Shown here: in pieces, positions 1 to 10,779 of the stretch
Position numbering within the stretch: position 1 is the first letter of the stretch
Layout: every line of letters begins with the position of its first letter
Origin: Takakia lepidozioides
Taxonomy: Eukaryota > Plantae > Bryophyta
Length of the DNA: 64,000 nt
Assembly: GCA_030704615.1 (NCBI GenBank)
Contig: CM060734.1
Coordinates: forward strand, 51,646,001-51,710,000
Direction of reading: 5' to 3'
Notes under the pieces: generated by a model
The model's input: the letters and a program-made list of their open reading frames with translations, nothing else
What the model was told of the DNA's origin: nothing
The model's database searches: none
Program-made: the position numbers and the translations under genes

Positions 1-427
1 AGAGTTGATCCAGGTGGTGATGTAAGTGTCATTGTGAGGTTTAGTGATTATTACTACGGAAAATTGTTGTCTTCGAGACACAGGTGAGGCCGTAGGTCAT
101 GGTTAGTGACGTAAGACCACGCGGAAGCGGGCTATGTTGATGTATACAACCTTACAGATCGAACGCAATACGACGCAAAGGCCGTAAGGGCTCTATCATA
201 TCCCCACTTCGTGCCAATATTTTCCCACATGAATTGGAACTGGAGTAGGTGAACCCTCATATACATCAGGTGCCCACCGCCATTCTTGTCAAGCACGGGA
301 CGGCAGGTGACTCACGGCTTCACCCTGCCCAGGAGGCTAACTCGCTAATAACTTTCCTCCTTGGGGTTTTAGAACCATGGTTCATAGCTGGGATTTAGTC
401 TGTCTGCAAGCGGCAAGTTTATTGAAG

Positions 428-707
428 GCGCTAATATGGGTGTATTTATTCCTGGCAAAATTTCGACCACAAAAATTAAAATAGAATCTTCTGTCGTAAA
501 TTCCCTGTTTTCTCATGGACGAAATTGCCAAACTTCTCCAAATAAAATATAAGCCATGGATGAATTTTCCAAATATGGATAATAGACATGGATGAAGGTA
601 GGATGATTCTATCCCAATTTCAGTGGATGGACAAAATGTAAGGCTATTTCTCGCAAAACTTAGTAGCCACTCCTGTTATTTTTCAAATTTCCAAAAAAAA
701 AAACATT
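428..707. mobile_element. MITE, probably hAT-derived; diverged reverse-complement copy of the element at 38017-38291
   Basis: Colinear reverse-complement similarity to 38017-38291 over about 280 bp (e.g. ctcgcaaaacttagtagccactc vs gagtggctacagagttttgcaa). Termini are eroded in this copy. Confidence 0.7.
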
Positions 708-937
708 AGGACTCAACTTGGAGCCGTGCCACTGGGGTCTCCTGGATTGGTCGAGCGGATGGTCATTGCCTTGCAGATTGAGTGATGTGTATGTATTTGT
801 GTTTGCCATGCTCTCTGTTGGGTTCTTGTTAGGTAGCCTCCGTTGAGTTTTGAGCTGTGGTTTGTGGTTTCAGGGATTTCAGTGGTTGATGCACATGAGT
901 TTCGTGTATATAATTCTGTAGTCTGGGCTGCAGATAC

Positions 938-1140
938 CCTAGTATAGGGACCATTTCGACATAAATTTTAAATATTTCAAAGATTGTTGAAAATTTTGGA
1001 AATTGGTTTTGTGAAATTAAATAACTTTGTGAATATACAATAAAGCATCTCTTAGAATATTCCATATGTCGAAATGAAATTCTCAAAATAAAAAATATTT
1101 GACAGATGCCTGTCGATCTTGACAAGGTACTACGTGGTAG
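938..1140. mobile_element. Tc1/mariner-type MITE; diverged reverse-complement copy of 37760-37942
   Basis: AT-rich body matches the reverse complement of 37760-37942; right end caaggtactacgtggta resembles the TIR caaggtactacggta. Confidence 0.7.
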
Positions 1141-1489
1141 CAAAGCGGGGGGCCCGGAGGTGCCCACTGGCCGGGGGCTACCCTTATGGCTATCTCTAGC
1201 GTAGGAAAGACTAAGGGCCCGGCCGGGATTTTTTTAGTGAGAGAGGAGGGCACGTCGACGTTCCTGCCACCTCAGGATGCCACCTTCCGCGTAAGCTTCC
1301 TCTTCTTGACGAGAGGAAGCACCTTACGTCGCGTAAGCTTCCTCCTCTTGCTGGCGGTCCGATGAGGAAATCCCTGAATTTCTCAGTATTGTCGGAAGAG
1401 ACTTATGAAACCCGCATCTATGAGAGGCTGGAACAACTCCCCTGAGACTACCAAGTCGACGCGAAGCAGGCCTTCTGTGCACACTAGGG

Positions 1490-1768
1490 ATACTTGTTTC
1501 TCTGGCACAAAGCCTTGTCGCCGGTGCTTTCTGCTACACATAAGCATATGAAGTATAGTGATTCTAACTAGTAGACTTCTTATACGTGTTTCTCTGGCAC
1601 AAAGCCTTGTCGCCGGTGCTTTCTGCTACACATAAGCATATGAAGTATAGTGATTCTAACTAGTAGACTTCGTATACTTGTTTTTCTGGCACAAAACCTT
1701 GTCGCCTGGTTCTTCTGCTACACTAAGCATATGCAGTATAGTTATTCTAACTAGTACACTTCTTATAC
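1490..1768 (+). repeat. Tandem repeat, 3 x 92 bp, immediately upstream of the GTPase gene
   Basis: tctggcacaa recurs at 1501, 1593 and 1685. Units 1 and 2 are nearly identical and unit 3 is more diverged. Confidence 0.95.
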
Positions 1769-1837
1769 ATCCTGAGCCTGTGGTCTATTTGTGTTGTGTT
1801 ATGATTGAAGTTACGACGATCCGATTGCAAGAACACA

Positions 1838-3157
1838 ATGGCCGATGTCACAGTCCTTTTAATTGGTCATGGCCAGTACGCGCAGAGTATTGCTCAGGTC
1901 CTGAGAGACAACAAGTACACTGTGAGAGAGATAGAGAGCAGTACTCTGAGAGAGATGGAGAGCACTACTGACTTGGTCGACAAGGACAAGCTATTGTTGA
2001 TGGCAAGGAAATGGATATCCAAAAACTCTTTGAGAGATCTGGATGGCCGCAATGTAAAGGTTGTATACACAGTAGGTAGTGGTGAAAGCGATTCCAACTA
2101 TTGCTTGAAATATATGCATGTCGTGCGTTTCGTCTTTAAGAGAAGCGTGTCAGCTATTGTTGTAGTGGCTGAAGACAAGAGCACTGTTCGAGTTGTTTCT
2201 GAGAGGTACGGTAAATCCTTCGCTCATTACGTTCCAAACGTGGTGATCAAGAACGTAGATGAGGGTTACGATCAGTCACATATAATCAGTATCCTGGATG
2301 CTATGCGAGCATTCACAATTAAGGTCGGTACGATTAAGAACAATCCAGGGAATTTGAAAGTATGGAGCAGTGAAAAAGTGATTCTGTTTGGAAGGACAGG
2401 ATCGGGCAAATCGACTATCGCACATATGCTGACTCGCGGCGATCTTCATACCGACAGTGAATTTGTAGCAAGTTCACGTGCGAGAGGAATGACCAAAAAG
2501 ATTACTAGGGGAGAAGGTAGAGGATGGCACGTTACAGATACTCCTGGATTTGGGGAGGCACGAGAAGGTACTGTACCCACACCAGAAGCAACAATCATTA
2601 TAAGGAAATTTGTGACGGACATAGGTGGGGAATACTCTCACTACATTTATGTGGTGAGGAAAGACAGATTGACTGTATATGATCAAAGACTGTGGAAGTT
2701 CTTCAAACAAGTCTTTTTAAAAGCAGAAAAGAACTTTACTGTGGTGGTTACCGATTGCCAGCACGAGATGTCAGCAGAGGACGAGGCTCACTTGCGACAG
2801 ACATTTCCCGGATGTGAGAGTTTTCTTTATGTGGATTTTTGCCCCATAGACCGAGAAGACGAGGAACTCGAGGATGAGAACAAAGATGTCAGAAGGGAGT
2901 CGTTACAAAAACTTGAGAAAGGATTGGCGAACCTTGGACTTGCAGATACGGATTGTTTCTACGGAGCATTTTCAAAGGAGAGCTTGAGAGTTTTCAAGAA
3001 AACGCTAAAGATCGACGCAAAAGATTCTTTGGGTGATCATATAGGAGGACTAGTCAGTGCTACTATTTACAATTTACTTGCAAAGCCTGCAACTGTAGTT
3101 GCAAAGTTTGCAAGAGAGTCAAAAATAGATGAAGACTTCATGCTACTCCCTCAATAG
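1838..3157 (+). CDS. Intronless AIG1/Toc34/septin-like P-loop GTPase (439 aa) with an N-terminal Rossmann-like domain
   Basis: Uninterrupted ORF from the first ATG at 1838. G1 GRTGSGKS, G2-like RGMT, G3 DTPG, G4-like VVVTDC. The N-terminus VLLIGHGQYAQSIAQVL resembles a GxGxxA beta-alpha Rossmann start. Confidence 0.85.
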   Translation: MADVTVLLIGHGQYAQSIAQVLRDNKYTVREIESSTLREMESTTDLVDKDKLLLMARKWISKNSLRDLDGRNVKVVYTVGSGESDSNYCLKYMHVVRFVFKRSVSAIVVVAEDKSTVRVVSERYGKSFAHYVPNVVIKNVDEGYDQSHIISILDAMRAFTIKVGTIKNNPGNLKVWSSEKVILFGRTGSGKSTIAHMLTRGDLHTDSEFVASSRARGMTKKITRGEGRGWHVTDTPGFGEAREGTVPTPEATIIIRKFVTDIGGEYSHYIYVVRKDRLTVYDQRLWKFFKQVFLKAEKNFTVVVTDCQHEMSAEDEAHLRQTFPGCESFLYVDFCPIDREDEELEDENKDVRRESLQKLEKGLANLGLADTDCFYGAFSKESLRVFKKTLKIDAKDSLGDHIGGLVSATIYNLLAKPATVVAKFARESKIDEDFMLLPQ

Positions 3158-4449
3158 TATGTTACAAACAAGCGCTTACTATGAATCGAGGGACAGCAGC
3201 CTTGTAGCTGGTGAGAGCCAAGTACAGAAAATAGTCTTCTAATGGCTAGTTTGTGATCACTCCAATATGCTTCTCTAATACCAGATATATGCACTGTTGA
3301 TTTTGCGCATTTGGAAGGCTTGGTAGAGGCCGGGGTCTAAGCAATTATCTTGCACCAGCCCGGAATGCAATTCACAGGCCTGACGTTTCCAAACAAAGAC
3401 TCCACACTGAGTCCCTCTCGTTTAATAGCATATGAAGGAGGAACTCCTTGAGCAGACCTCTCATCTCTCAGTTTAGATATGGATAATGGCAGCCCTACTC
3501 AGGACCTTTTTTTTATTAGCTTGTCTGATTTTTGTTTACACATGGTACTTGAGACTTGGATGTATATAGACTGTGCACCACACAGATATCAAATATAATG
3601 AGCAAAGAGTTACCCCCACTTAAAAGTTTTCTTTGCTTTGTTTTTCACTCTGAAGTCTTCTAAGCTTGTTGCTGTAGCAGAGCGAAATATTGCAGGCTCA
3701 CAAATCAATATCCTGATCACAACCCAACTAATAACATACAAGAGAGGGGTGCGAGGATGGCCTATGTACCCTTGCCCTGGGAACAACAGGGAAATGGAAA
3801 GTGAACCTGTCTTCTTTCACTATCTTTAATACTATGAGATCCGTGGGAGATTCAATTGTCTAATCCGTGATACCCAATCTCTCACGGAGGTCTTCCATTA
3901 CATGGATCAGAAATGCTTGGCAGCATAGGTCTGCATGGGGTTTTGACTCTCAGACAATTCCTTGAACATTAGTTGCTTTTAGGCTGCTTGTGGATGGCCC
4001 TCTCTCTCTTTTCTTTCTTCCTCTTGTCCCATAAGCTCCTTGAGGGGAGGTTGTTGAAGTACTATTTCATTTCATTTCTCTGTCTGTTTCTCACACAGAC
4101 TCATGGCAACCCTCAAGGGAATCTTAGGATTTAGTGGACGTGCAATGTCAACTGGGAAAATGCTGCTATAATGTACACTGGAGGCAGTCGTTTGATTTCC
4201 AGAGGGATATAACCAACAGGGAGAATCAACGTCACGTTTAGTGCTGTGTTTATGAATCCCTTGTCCAAGGACAGATCCGTTTTTTGGATTGAGGGTCAAG
4301 GGAATGAGTAAGAACAGGTGTAATGGTAGCATGGGCTGGAGTGGAGCATTACAATAGAGGAATGATGGATCCACCGCCTCCTGTTGGTGAACCTGATGAT
4401 GCTTGGGTAATCTCTCTGACTCCCTTGCCCCTTGCTAACAGATTGCTGA

Positions 4450-6500
4450 CTATTGTGTTGTGGTGGCAAGACATGTGGGGTGATGGTCAGTCACGACTTG
4501 GCCGGTGTCTTTCCTCCAATCATCGGAGGTTCCAAGTGGCCACTGGTTGGTATTGAGTCTGTTTTACCAAAAGAGTCTGTTGGAGTATGGTTGGAAAGAT
4601 GGAAAGTCAGATACAGTCTGCAGCAATGGACAGAGGATCTTGGTTACAAACAGGAAGGTATTCGGGATGCCATGGCAAAAAATTGTGTGGACTGCCTAAG
4701 AAAAAGAGATGCTATGAGTCCATGTGCGAGATCTAGATTAATGTCAGAGTACAACTTCCTTCTTTGTACAGCAAAATTGACATGACATGCAATGTGCTTT
4801 GGGATGGGGGCAGCTAGATCTCAGGCCACGCTGGCAGCTAGGTGAGGTATATGCAGAAGGAGAAAGTGAAATCTTTAAAAAAGCCTGGTGCCCACCTTTC
4901 CCTTACTGCTCAGGTTCAGAATTACGCAGAGGGATGTCACAAACACCCTACATGATCCACCCAAGTGCTGGTGGTGCAAGCGAGGTCCAAGCGATTCTAG
5001 CCCGGGCATAAAATTCAAAGTGAAATCATTGATTCCTCGAGCCTTCATTTTTGGTGAGGGTGTTTGTGCAACATGTGCAAACTTGAACCCCTTTCCAGAT
5101 GTTCCACTTGGCAGTTTTGTACAAGAGTTGGAGACAAACTTCTCATAATAGAGCAGACTGAATTGAAGAAAATTGTAACATTGGAAGAGATGTGAGATGC
5201 AACCTGTAGAGTTTAGCATTTAAGCTGACACAACAAAGTCAAGCCACCGATGCATGTTTGACCCCCTTTTGATGCCTGTTGGTGGCAAGCTTTGCACTGG
5301 CAACAAAAGAACTGCAGAAGAGGTGGAAGGTGAAATGCTCATGCTTTTCAGATACATCCACGCATGTTTAGTCCTCCCATATAGGTTGCCAGACATGGTT
5401 CACCATCCTGAAACTGAGATCCATTAAGTGTACAAAAGTAACAAAGCTTTCCCCCACCCCGTTCTTATGAAAGTATGGAATTGTGTCTGATTCTTCAGCA
5501 TTCCTTAATTACTCATCCATAGGAGGTTCATCAAGCCATGACTGTGGTAACAGACATAACAGACAAGCCCTCAGATACTAAACTCTGTATTATGAACTTA
5601 GGGCAACAAAACATAGAGCAACTGGTGTGGAGTTTAGTCAGAGTCGTACCTCCTGTCTCCACGTTAGTAGATGGGGTACTAGCTCCCGACCGACGGAAGA
5701 GTATGGTGAAGCAACGCTATGGTGGGAAAACGCGGCGAAGTCCCAAAGAAGTCCCTCAGAGAGAGCAGAACGCGGAGCCCGTACCAGAACTCTAAGTTGC
5801 ACTCGGACGCTTCTTATGATGTTTTATGTCAATTATGCAATCAATGGACCCACTCGCTCCGACAACTCCCAACAACTGTCGGTAAGGGAAGAAGGGCCCA
5901 CTGATCTGCTTGCGCAAGACTGGGAAGCTTCTGCGGATCATTTCAGTTCGAGCCACTGCCGGTATCCGGCGTGCTGCCTCCATAAAGGTGCTTAGAGCAT
6001 TCAGTATCAGCGCTCTTTAGGCTCAACAGATGGTTCACTTGCAAGATACCTCGGAAGCATCTTCAGAACCGAAGCCGTAACCTCCCGCGGGGAATGATTT
6101 CATTTCGTGGGCTGATGCGTGCTGTGGACTTTCTTTTCGCAGATTCCAGAGGTGAATCTCGTGTCATGAGCTGGAGGTCCAACTTCAGGAGGTTGATAGG
6201 TCGTGGAGGAAGCAGACTGTACAAAGCTTGCCATCGTAACAGTCGTCGGGAAGTGATAGCTGGTCCTTGTGCAGGCAACAGATAGGTGCACGCAGCGTCC
6301 AATTCGGAGATTAATAACATGGCTGGGCTCTATCTTCATCGTCTTTGTTATTATGTGTAGATTTCTCCTGCCCGATGCATGGTGGCCATGCTCAATTTGT
6401 ATCTTCATTAACTCTGTTCGAAGACCTCTCCTACCCCGTGGTTCATTGCAACGAGGGTGTGAAGTGTGAACACTTTAGTTGGAAACGGAAATTTCGGAAA
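4450..6500 (+). mobile_element. Possible highly degenerate retroelement (gag-like) remnant
   Basis: Broken ORFs with gag-like VWLERWKVRYSLQQW at about 4580 and a zinc-knuckle-like CQLCNQWTH at about 5827-5855. No LTRs or RT motifs recognised. Confidence 0.3.
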
Positions 6501-7709
6501 TTTGAACGACCATTCCATTCTTGTCTTTCCTTCGTGTAACCTCGGCCAGAAGTGGTGGAGTATCCGTCTCCTTCCGTCGTCGGCATGTTACCCAACTATG
6601 ATAATTTACAAGTTGTTTTTCACTGACGTGGGCTTTGATAGTAAATTTTAAGAGGCTTACGGCCATGGCGGTCAGCGGACCAGCTTAACCTCATGAGATC
6701 AGCTTTCCAGCTCTAAATTTGGTGAAGGAAAATGTACATATATTCTCAATAGATAGATGTTCTTCGCGAGTGATTTGTATAGTCGACTTTTGAGATAATG
6801 GAAGGTTCATACATGTACATGAGGCAAAGGATGACATTGGATATAGTAGTAGTATCAAGTAGAGTGGAAGCACCAAGATATATATTTGTACATCGCCATG
6901 TTAATTGCTTGACTATGAACAACTGTAGGTAAGGGAGGGCCCCCACCCACTCACCTGCTAATCTTTCGGTCATATAGTATATATTCCGGTCGTTTAGATA
7001 TTTGTGTGTAATCAAATATATGAAGTTTTGTACGTTGGTTTTGTTTTGATTTGTTTGTTTTGTAGATTTGAGATGTCCCCAACGGCAAGGCCCTAGCCCT
7101 GGTGCTTGGTATCGTTGGAAAGCCCTCGAAGGGGTGCATGGGCTTGGTCTCATGATTTTTGGACATGCCGTGTGGGAGATGTGGAATTCGAAGTACTTTT
7201 GGTCGCTGAAAATTCCCAAAAATAGCAAAAATGGCAAAGTGGGACAAATGGAGAGATATCAAGGGAAAGGTCTCTGGTTCAAATCTGGTCTTAGGCTCTG
7301 TGGAAAAAAAACTTACTTAGATGACATTGGACACTTGGGCCAATGGCACAGGCTACCCTAGTTATATTCAATGAACCCACCCCCTCCCATAACTATGAAC
7401 AATTGTCGGTAGGAAGGAGGGGCCACTTGCATGCTGTGCACCATTATTTGAAGCCCAATAGCCTACATGAAATATTAGGCCCACTTGCACTTAAGGGGGT
7501 TGACCTACTTGCACTCAGGCATATTTTATGTAACTATTAGGTCACATTGGCCCACTTTACCTTCCAGCTTTTTTCACCTTTTTCCCTGGGGGTCTCTACA
7601 TTTGCAAATCGAGACAAGTTGGAACCCCTTTGTTTGCATATTTCCTACAGACTGACCAAAGCGGAATCCCGATGAAGGGGAACATCTGGGTCCCCACACC
7701 TGGCCAGTC

Positions 7710-8218
7710 AGTGCTTTCTGCTACACATAAGCATAGTAGACTTCTTCTAGATCTTGCTGTTCTCTTTCTGTTTTGTTATCATAGAAGTTACGACAATCCC
7801 ATTGCACAATGAACGATGTCACAGTCCTTTTACCTCGTCATGCAGTACGCAAAGAGTATCGCTCAGGTCCTGAGGGACAACCAGTACACTATGAGAGAGA
7901 TGGGGAGCATTACTGACTTGAAAACCTTATGCAGAATTTTGGTTGGCGAGGAGATGGATATCCAAAAACTCTTTGATGGCCGCAAAGTAAAGGTTATATG
8001 CGCAGTAGGCAGTGGAGAAAGCGATTTCCACTATTGCTTGAAATATATTTATGTGGTGCGTTTCGTCTTTAAGGGATGCGAGTCAGCTATTGCTGTAGTG
8101 GCTGAAGACGAGAGCTCCGTTCAAATCGTTTGGAAGTGGGACGGTAAATCCTTTTCTGATTACGTTCCAAAAGTGGCGGTGATCGACAATGTAGAGGAGG
8201 GTTACAAGTTACCTATCA
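7710..8218 (+). pseudogene. Truncated, indel-containing paralogue of the GTPase gene's 5' region
   Basis: QYAKSIAQVLRDNQYT...GRKVKVICAVGSGESDFHYCLKYIYVVRFVFK matches the 1838-3157 protein. The upstream gtgctttctgctacacataagcat matches the 92-bp unit. It is cut by a CACTA terminus at 8219, before the GTPase domain. Confidence 0.9.
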
Positions 8219-10350
8219 CACTACAAAGGGGGCCTTTGTGACGCCCGGGCCACGCCGCCGCGTCGAGAAAACGACCATTCCGGGCCCGGGGCCGGCACCG
8301 AATTTGCGACGCCCGGCAGTCGCATGGGCATCGCTAAAAGACGTCGCAAAAATGCAACGTATGGGGGTCGCGAGCCCCCGCCCCAACTCCCGCGACTGCC
8401 GGACATCGCTTTTCGGGCCGTCCGCGCCGATGGCAGGGGCGTCCAGCGAGCGACTTCTGGCCGTCGCTGCCCTCCAGCCGTTGCATCCCATCGACGTGGC
8501 GTGAGCCAGGTGGTACGTCAATCGATGCCAGTGCGTCCCTGCAAGCGACTATTGGGCGTGGCAAAAAAACAGCATGAGCAGGAGTCGGACTCCGCCACGC
8601 CCGAGCGTGGGTTTGCGCGACGCTCTGGCGTCGCTATCTTTATATTTAAAAGACCTGGCGCAGGCAAGGTGACGGGCTCCGCGACGCCATTGCGTCGCGG
8701 CTTGCGACCCCCGGACCAAAAAACACGTCGCAGGGGGTGACTTAATTTACGACGCTTGGCCGTCGCCGCTTGCGACCCCCGCCCAAAAAACCTTTCGCAG
8801 GGGGTGTCTTTATTTACGTCGTCCGGCCGTCACGGCTTGCGACCCCCTCCCAAAAAATACGTCGCCAATTACGACGTCCTGCAGTCGCGAGGCCAGCCTA
8901 GTGGGGAGGTTTGGGGGTTGATTTTGGGGGTGAATTGGGGATGGTTTTTGTTTTTTGCCTGGTTTTGTTTTTGGGATGGGAGACCTTACAGCTTCCATTT
9001 CTCTGATTTAGCAAGTACACAATTGAGCAAGCATGAATTGAGGGTGAGGACGGTGCGACACATGAATAGGATGGAAGATGGAAAGATGGAAATATATTTA
9101 TAGGAAATGAGCTGAAAAACTCACAAGGGTTCAGTAGGCTAACCCTGGGACCTACATGGACTAGGACTAGTCATCCTCATCCTCATCATCAGTGGAGGAC
9201 TTAGAGCTATCCGATGAGCCTGATGACTCCGCGCCCTTTGCCAGAGCACCTAAATGAGGCGGCGTTCCTCTAAGTCCCACAGAGTTCTCATCCAATCCCT
9301 AGCCATGATCCCTACCTCATCCATACTGGTGTCATGTAGTGCACTCATCCCCTCCGTGTTGGCCATGTTCTTCATGAGGGATTGCCAACCATGCTCCTTG
9401 GCGTAGTTGTACTCTACCGGAGATGGTTTCCTCTCAAATGCGTTTTGCTACACATGCCACAAATTAAAGTCAGTTCTTCGTGATGATGGAGCCAGAAAGA
9501 AGACATAACAAAATCCATAGGGAAGTACGACTTACAAATCGCAAGATAAAACCCTTGGATCTGTCAGCGCCCCACTTGTGTGTGGATTCGTGCTTGTGAA
9601 GGCGGACTGTTGTTGCTTCGCATGCCCGGTCAAATTTGGCATTGTTTGCGGCATCATTCTCTCCCGCAATGAGTGCATCCCACGATACCTATGCCCCCCC
9701 CCCCCCCCCCCCCTCCCCTCCACCAATTAGTGAATTACACACATACATTGCATCGAATCCACCTCATTAATGCACATGCGACAAATGGAGGTGAAATGAT
9801 TCAAGATTTGCCAACCTGTGTAATTCCATAAGGTGGTTTGGGTATAGCCCCATTTTCCATTGCCCTCTGAATGATCTGACCCTCCTCGTCTCCTCCTCCC
9901 TCATCGACAACATTGGGCTAGTAATGGAGGCTTTCAAAAGCCCTTGAACCTGATGTTGGGCCTTGGCAAGTGCAGCCTTTGCTACGGAGGAAGGGGTCGC
10001 TATGGGGGTGACATCCAAAAGTTGCCCATACCGGGCCCCCGAAACGGGTGATGTGTTTGCCAAGGTACATTTCACCCATCTTGGTGGCCGAGGGTGTGCT
10101 CAACTAAGCATCTGGCTCAGCAACAACCTCCCGAATAGGAAAGCTGGCTGAGCCGGCCCCTGGCGCATCCAAGATGTGGACAAGAGGGGGGGTACTGGCC
10201 TCGAGGGGCAGACGAGCCCTCCGGCTGCGGCTGTCGACGGATCTGGTTAACCGTGAGACGGCCTGGCGCGTCACACGTGCCGGCAGAGCAAACGGATTGT
10301 CCGCCCCTTTCTTTGGGGCACAAGCTGGCACCTGTCATGCAAACCCACAA
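8219..10350. mobile_element. CACTA (En/Spm) element left end with GC-rich subterminal repeats and decayed internal ORFs
   Basis: Starts CACTACAAAG at 8219. About 700 bp is dense in GCGAC/GTCGC motifs in both orientations. Fragmentary minus-strand coding remnants at about 9170-10080. Confidence 0.75.
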
Positions 10351-10487
10351 GTTAGCCTCATTAGGAAACAACCTCTACATTCCAGATCAAAAACAAAAAA
10401 AACCAAGCATGTTGGGGGCTGAGAGCAGCAAGTGCTCGGGGTCTCGAGATGGGGCAACAAAGAGAAAAGAAAAAGGTGGGGGGGAGG

Positions 10488-10559
10488 GGGGGGGGGGGAG
10501 TGACTGAGCACCACCAGCAGGTGCTGAGCACCACGGGCTCAGTCACTCCCCCCCCCCCC
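10488..10559. repeat. Perfect inverted repeat (G-run + AGTGACTGAGC ... GCTCAGTCACT + C-run)
   Basis: Arms 10488-10509 and 10537-10559 with a 27-nt spacer. Looser A-rich/T-rich complementarity extends to about 10381-10590. Confidence 0.85.
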
Positions 10560-10779
10560 ATTTGTTTTTTTTTTTGGTTTCTTGATCTCTCCCTCTCTCT
10601 CTCCCTCTCTCCCTCTCCCTCTATAACTTTTTGGATTTCATTTGGCCCTGATACTTACTATTTGCTTCTTTCATCTAAACTGGATGAAATACATGAATAA
10701 TAGTGACCTATTCTAAAAATCCAAGAGGTAGTAATTTGTACCATCATAAATGATAGCAGTTACTAAACCTAAGCCTATA

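Noticed and set aside
428-1140. Inverted segmental duplication with 37760-38291, where the same two MITEs occur in the same relative order
   Set aside because: The sequences between and around the MITEs are unrelated, so independent insertions of abundant families are the simpler explanation.
1490-1768. CRISPR-like array (also considered for 49583-49889)
   Set aside because: Head-to-tail repeats with no unique spacers, no cas genes and a eukaryotic context.
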